A stretch of 64,000 nt of DNA, taken from Mobula hypostoma. Its lineage: Eukaryota. Below are positions 61,801-64,000 of this stretch, one piece after another. The position numbers and the translations under genes are program-made. Where the stretch lies: NCBI RefSeq assembly GCF_963921235.1, contig NC_086108.1, forward strand, positions 17,856,001 to 17,920,000, given 5' to 3'. Under the pieces are notes generated by a model, which worked only from the letters and a program-made list of their open reading frames with translations, searched no databases and was not told the DNA's origin. The stretch's first letter is position 1; every line of letters begins with the position of its first letter.

Positions 61801-63171
61801 ACAGCTGGGTGGGAATAATTGGACCCCTGTGTCTTTAAGGAACAGTTCTATTTGCTCAGTTCTTTGACAAATGACAGCTAGTATGCACAGAGGTTTTAAA
61901 TGAGATCACAATGCAATGTTTGGAAGTCACAGAAACGATGTGACACCAGATAACAGCTGAACATCTGCATGGGATGAGATTGCAAGTAAAAGCGATGGGT
62001 GATTGTGTCAGGACTTTTGCTGGAGTTCTGTCCATGGCTCTGAGAGAAATCCTCAGCAATAGAAATAAATAGTTACACAAATTCCTCAGTACTGTGCAAT
62101 ACAACTGCTGTAACAACTGGGGCATTAGTTAATGTATGTATATGCCTGCTGAGTCATTCACTGTGTCTTCTGTAGAGGACGATGTAGGATATATGTATTG
62201 ATTAATAATGTACATATAGGGGAAGCACACACAGGCAGGGATGATATGACAACAGCAGGTTCAGCGTCTTGGCTGTCTGTATTTATTACTTCTGTTACTG
62301 TCCACATGTGACCTGTGCTCACGTAGGCTGTAGTCTCTGCTCAGTCTATACATAGACTGCGTCTGGATAAAGCGTGTAAGTTTGATATCTTGTCACATGT
62401 TTATTATTGTCACATGTGGTTCGAAACTTTGTTTTGGATGCCATCCATGCAGATAATTTCAAACCGCAAGTACATCGGGGTGGTATCAATTGAAAATCAA
62501 CAACAGAATGCAGAGATACAGTTGCAGAGAAAGTGCAGTGTAGATGGGCAATAATGTGCAAGAGTCATGGTGACATAGAACCACACATGGGCTGCTGATT
62601 ATTTGAAAACTATGTCTGTGGGGTCAATGAAGCCACATGCCCATTTGTCAACAGTGTTCTCTAGATCAGAACTCAGTTGTGATGTGAATTCAGAACGTCA
62701 GTAAGTTTCACAACAGTGACCTCATGTGAAAACTGGAACAGTAATGTGTTCGCAAGTGAGCTGGACTCGCAGTGGGCTGGAACTCTGCACAGGTCACACC
62801 GGAGATGGAGCTCAGTACCAATCTCGATCATTCACTGATGAACTGAAAGAGAAGCCCAGTGGCTGTCTTTGCTTCCTGTAGACTAACATTACTCACAGGC
62901 TCCTGAACTGATTCGGTTTGTCCTCACTCTGTAAACTGGCATCACGGCTAGTGCTTTGGAAGGAGTTATTTTACAGTAAGTGATCCAGTATTTCTGATAG
63001 TTTTAAAGCATGCATAATATTACAGTAATCACACATTAATAATGTAGGGTACTATAAAAGCTGACCCATATTACTAATGTATAGTATATTGTTGATGTAT
63101 TCGATTGCGATGTCTGACTCAGTATGATCAGGATGTTTCATGCTTAAATATCTCACCTAATATAATTAATA

Positions 63172-63505
63172 CACCATAGGACATAAGGCAATAAGACATA
63201 GGAGCAGAATGAGGATATTCAGCCCAATGAATCTACCCCATTATTTAATTAAGGCTGATGTTTTTCAAACCCCATTTTCATGTCTTCTCCCTGTAACACG
63301 CTTTACCAATCAAGTACCGGTCAATCTGCCTTAAATACACCCAATAACTTGGCCTCCACAACCATCTGTGCTAACGCATTCCACAGATTCACCAACCTTT
63401 GGCTGAAGAAATTCCTCTTCATCTCTGTACTAAAGGGATGTCCCTCTATTCTGAGGCTATGCCCTTGGATCTTAGACTCTCCCTCTAATGGAAATGTTCT
63501 CTGCA
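63172..63505 (-). mobile_element. CR1 3'-end fragment
   Basis: FPLEGESKIQGHSLRIEGHPFSTEMKRNFFSQRLVNLWNAL, followed by a CCTATGTCTTATT-type tail. Confidence 0.85.
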
Positions 63506-63740
63506 TGACTTTTTGCATATCACTGATACAGCCTATGAAAGGTGTGTTACTTTATAGTAACTGGTCCAATGTTGCTGTGTTGTTAAAATAATTTAATGAA
63601 TAAATAGTTAGCAATTAAGTGGCTCATACTATTACTATTGTGTATTTGAGAATTGCATTTACTTGCCCACTGTTAATAGCAACTAGTATAATAAAAATGG
63701 TAGCAATGACATACCTCATGTTACTTGGAACTTCTCCACA

Positions 63741-64000
63741 GCAGGGTAGCAGTTAGTGTGAGGCTATTACAGCTCAAGGCGTTTTGGACTTCAGAGTTCA
63801 ATTCTGGCACCATTCTGTAAAGAGTCTCTTTAGGTTCTCCCCGTGAAAAGTGTGGGCTTTCCCTTGGTACTCCAGTTTCCTCCCACAGTCCAAAGACAGA
63901 CTAGGTAGGTTAATTGGTCATTGTAAATTGTCCCATGATTGGATTAGGGTAAAATCAGGGTTCTGGGGTTGCTCAGATGATATAGCTTGAAGGGCATACT
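63741..64000 (+). mobile_element. tRNA-derived V-SINE, running off the window edge
   Basis: B-box-like GAGTTCAATTCT and the V-domain-like GTGGGCTTTCCCTTGGTACTCCAGTTTCCTCCCACAGTCCAAAGAC. Confidence 0.75.

Noticed and set aside
61493..61867. HT-repeat and CV-repeat ORFs (also 49777-50256)
   Set aside because: Translations of CA/TG microsatellites.
50268..64000. PBX exon 3 (expected LSIRG..EE.P.DPQLMRLDNML)
   Set aside because: Not seen in the ORF track or by eye; presumed to lie beyond the window.

Overview
Eukaryotic (vertebrate) DNA. The repeat complement (CR1, Rex1/Babar, Penelope-like, V-SINE, DeuSINE, fish-type L1) points to a cartilaginous fish, probably a ray; this is inference. Bases 1-~33,330 are the edge of a large 167-bp AT-rich satellite array of about 200 monomers, likely centromeric or pericentromeric. 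It is stratified into a highly homogeneous layer (1-25,436), a diverged layer with a ~6-monomer period (25,437-~30,190) and a third, differently diverged layer (~30,190-33,330). A ~16-kb zone of nested, decayed transposons follows: L1, CR1, two solo LTRs with 5-bp TSDs, a degenerate minisatellite, a split and partly inverted Ingi/Vingi-like LINE, Rex1 copies and a SINE. At ~49.1-50.3 kb lie the promoter and first two coding exons of a PBX-family (TALE homeobox) gene on the + strand. Its promoter carries a perfect PBX-MEIS/PREP decamer. The rest of the window is intron 2, containing a hAT/Charlie element, CR1, a Tigger-like element with a nested foldback, SINEs and a sense-strand Penelope-like element with a hammerhead-ribozyme motif. 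I found no new protein-coding system. The most notable signals are the layered satellite architecture, its closeness to a developmental regulator, and the intronic ribozyme motif. Family assignments come from recalled motifs, not database searches.
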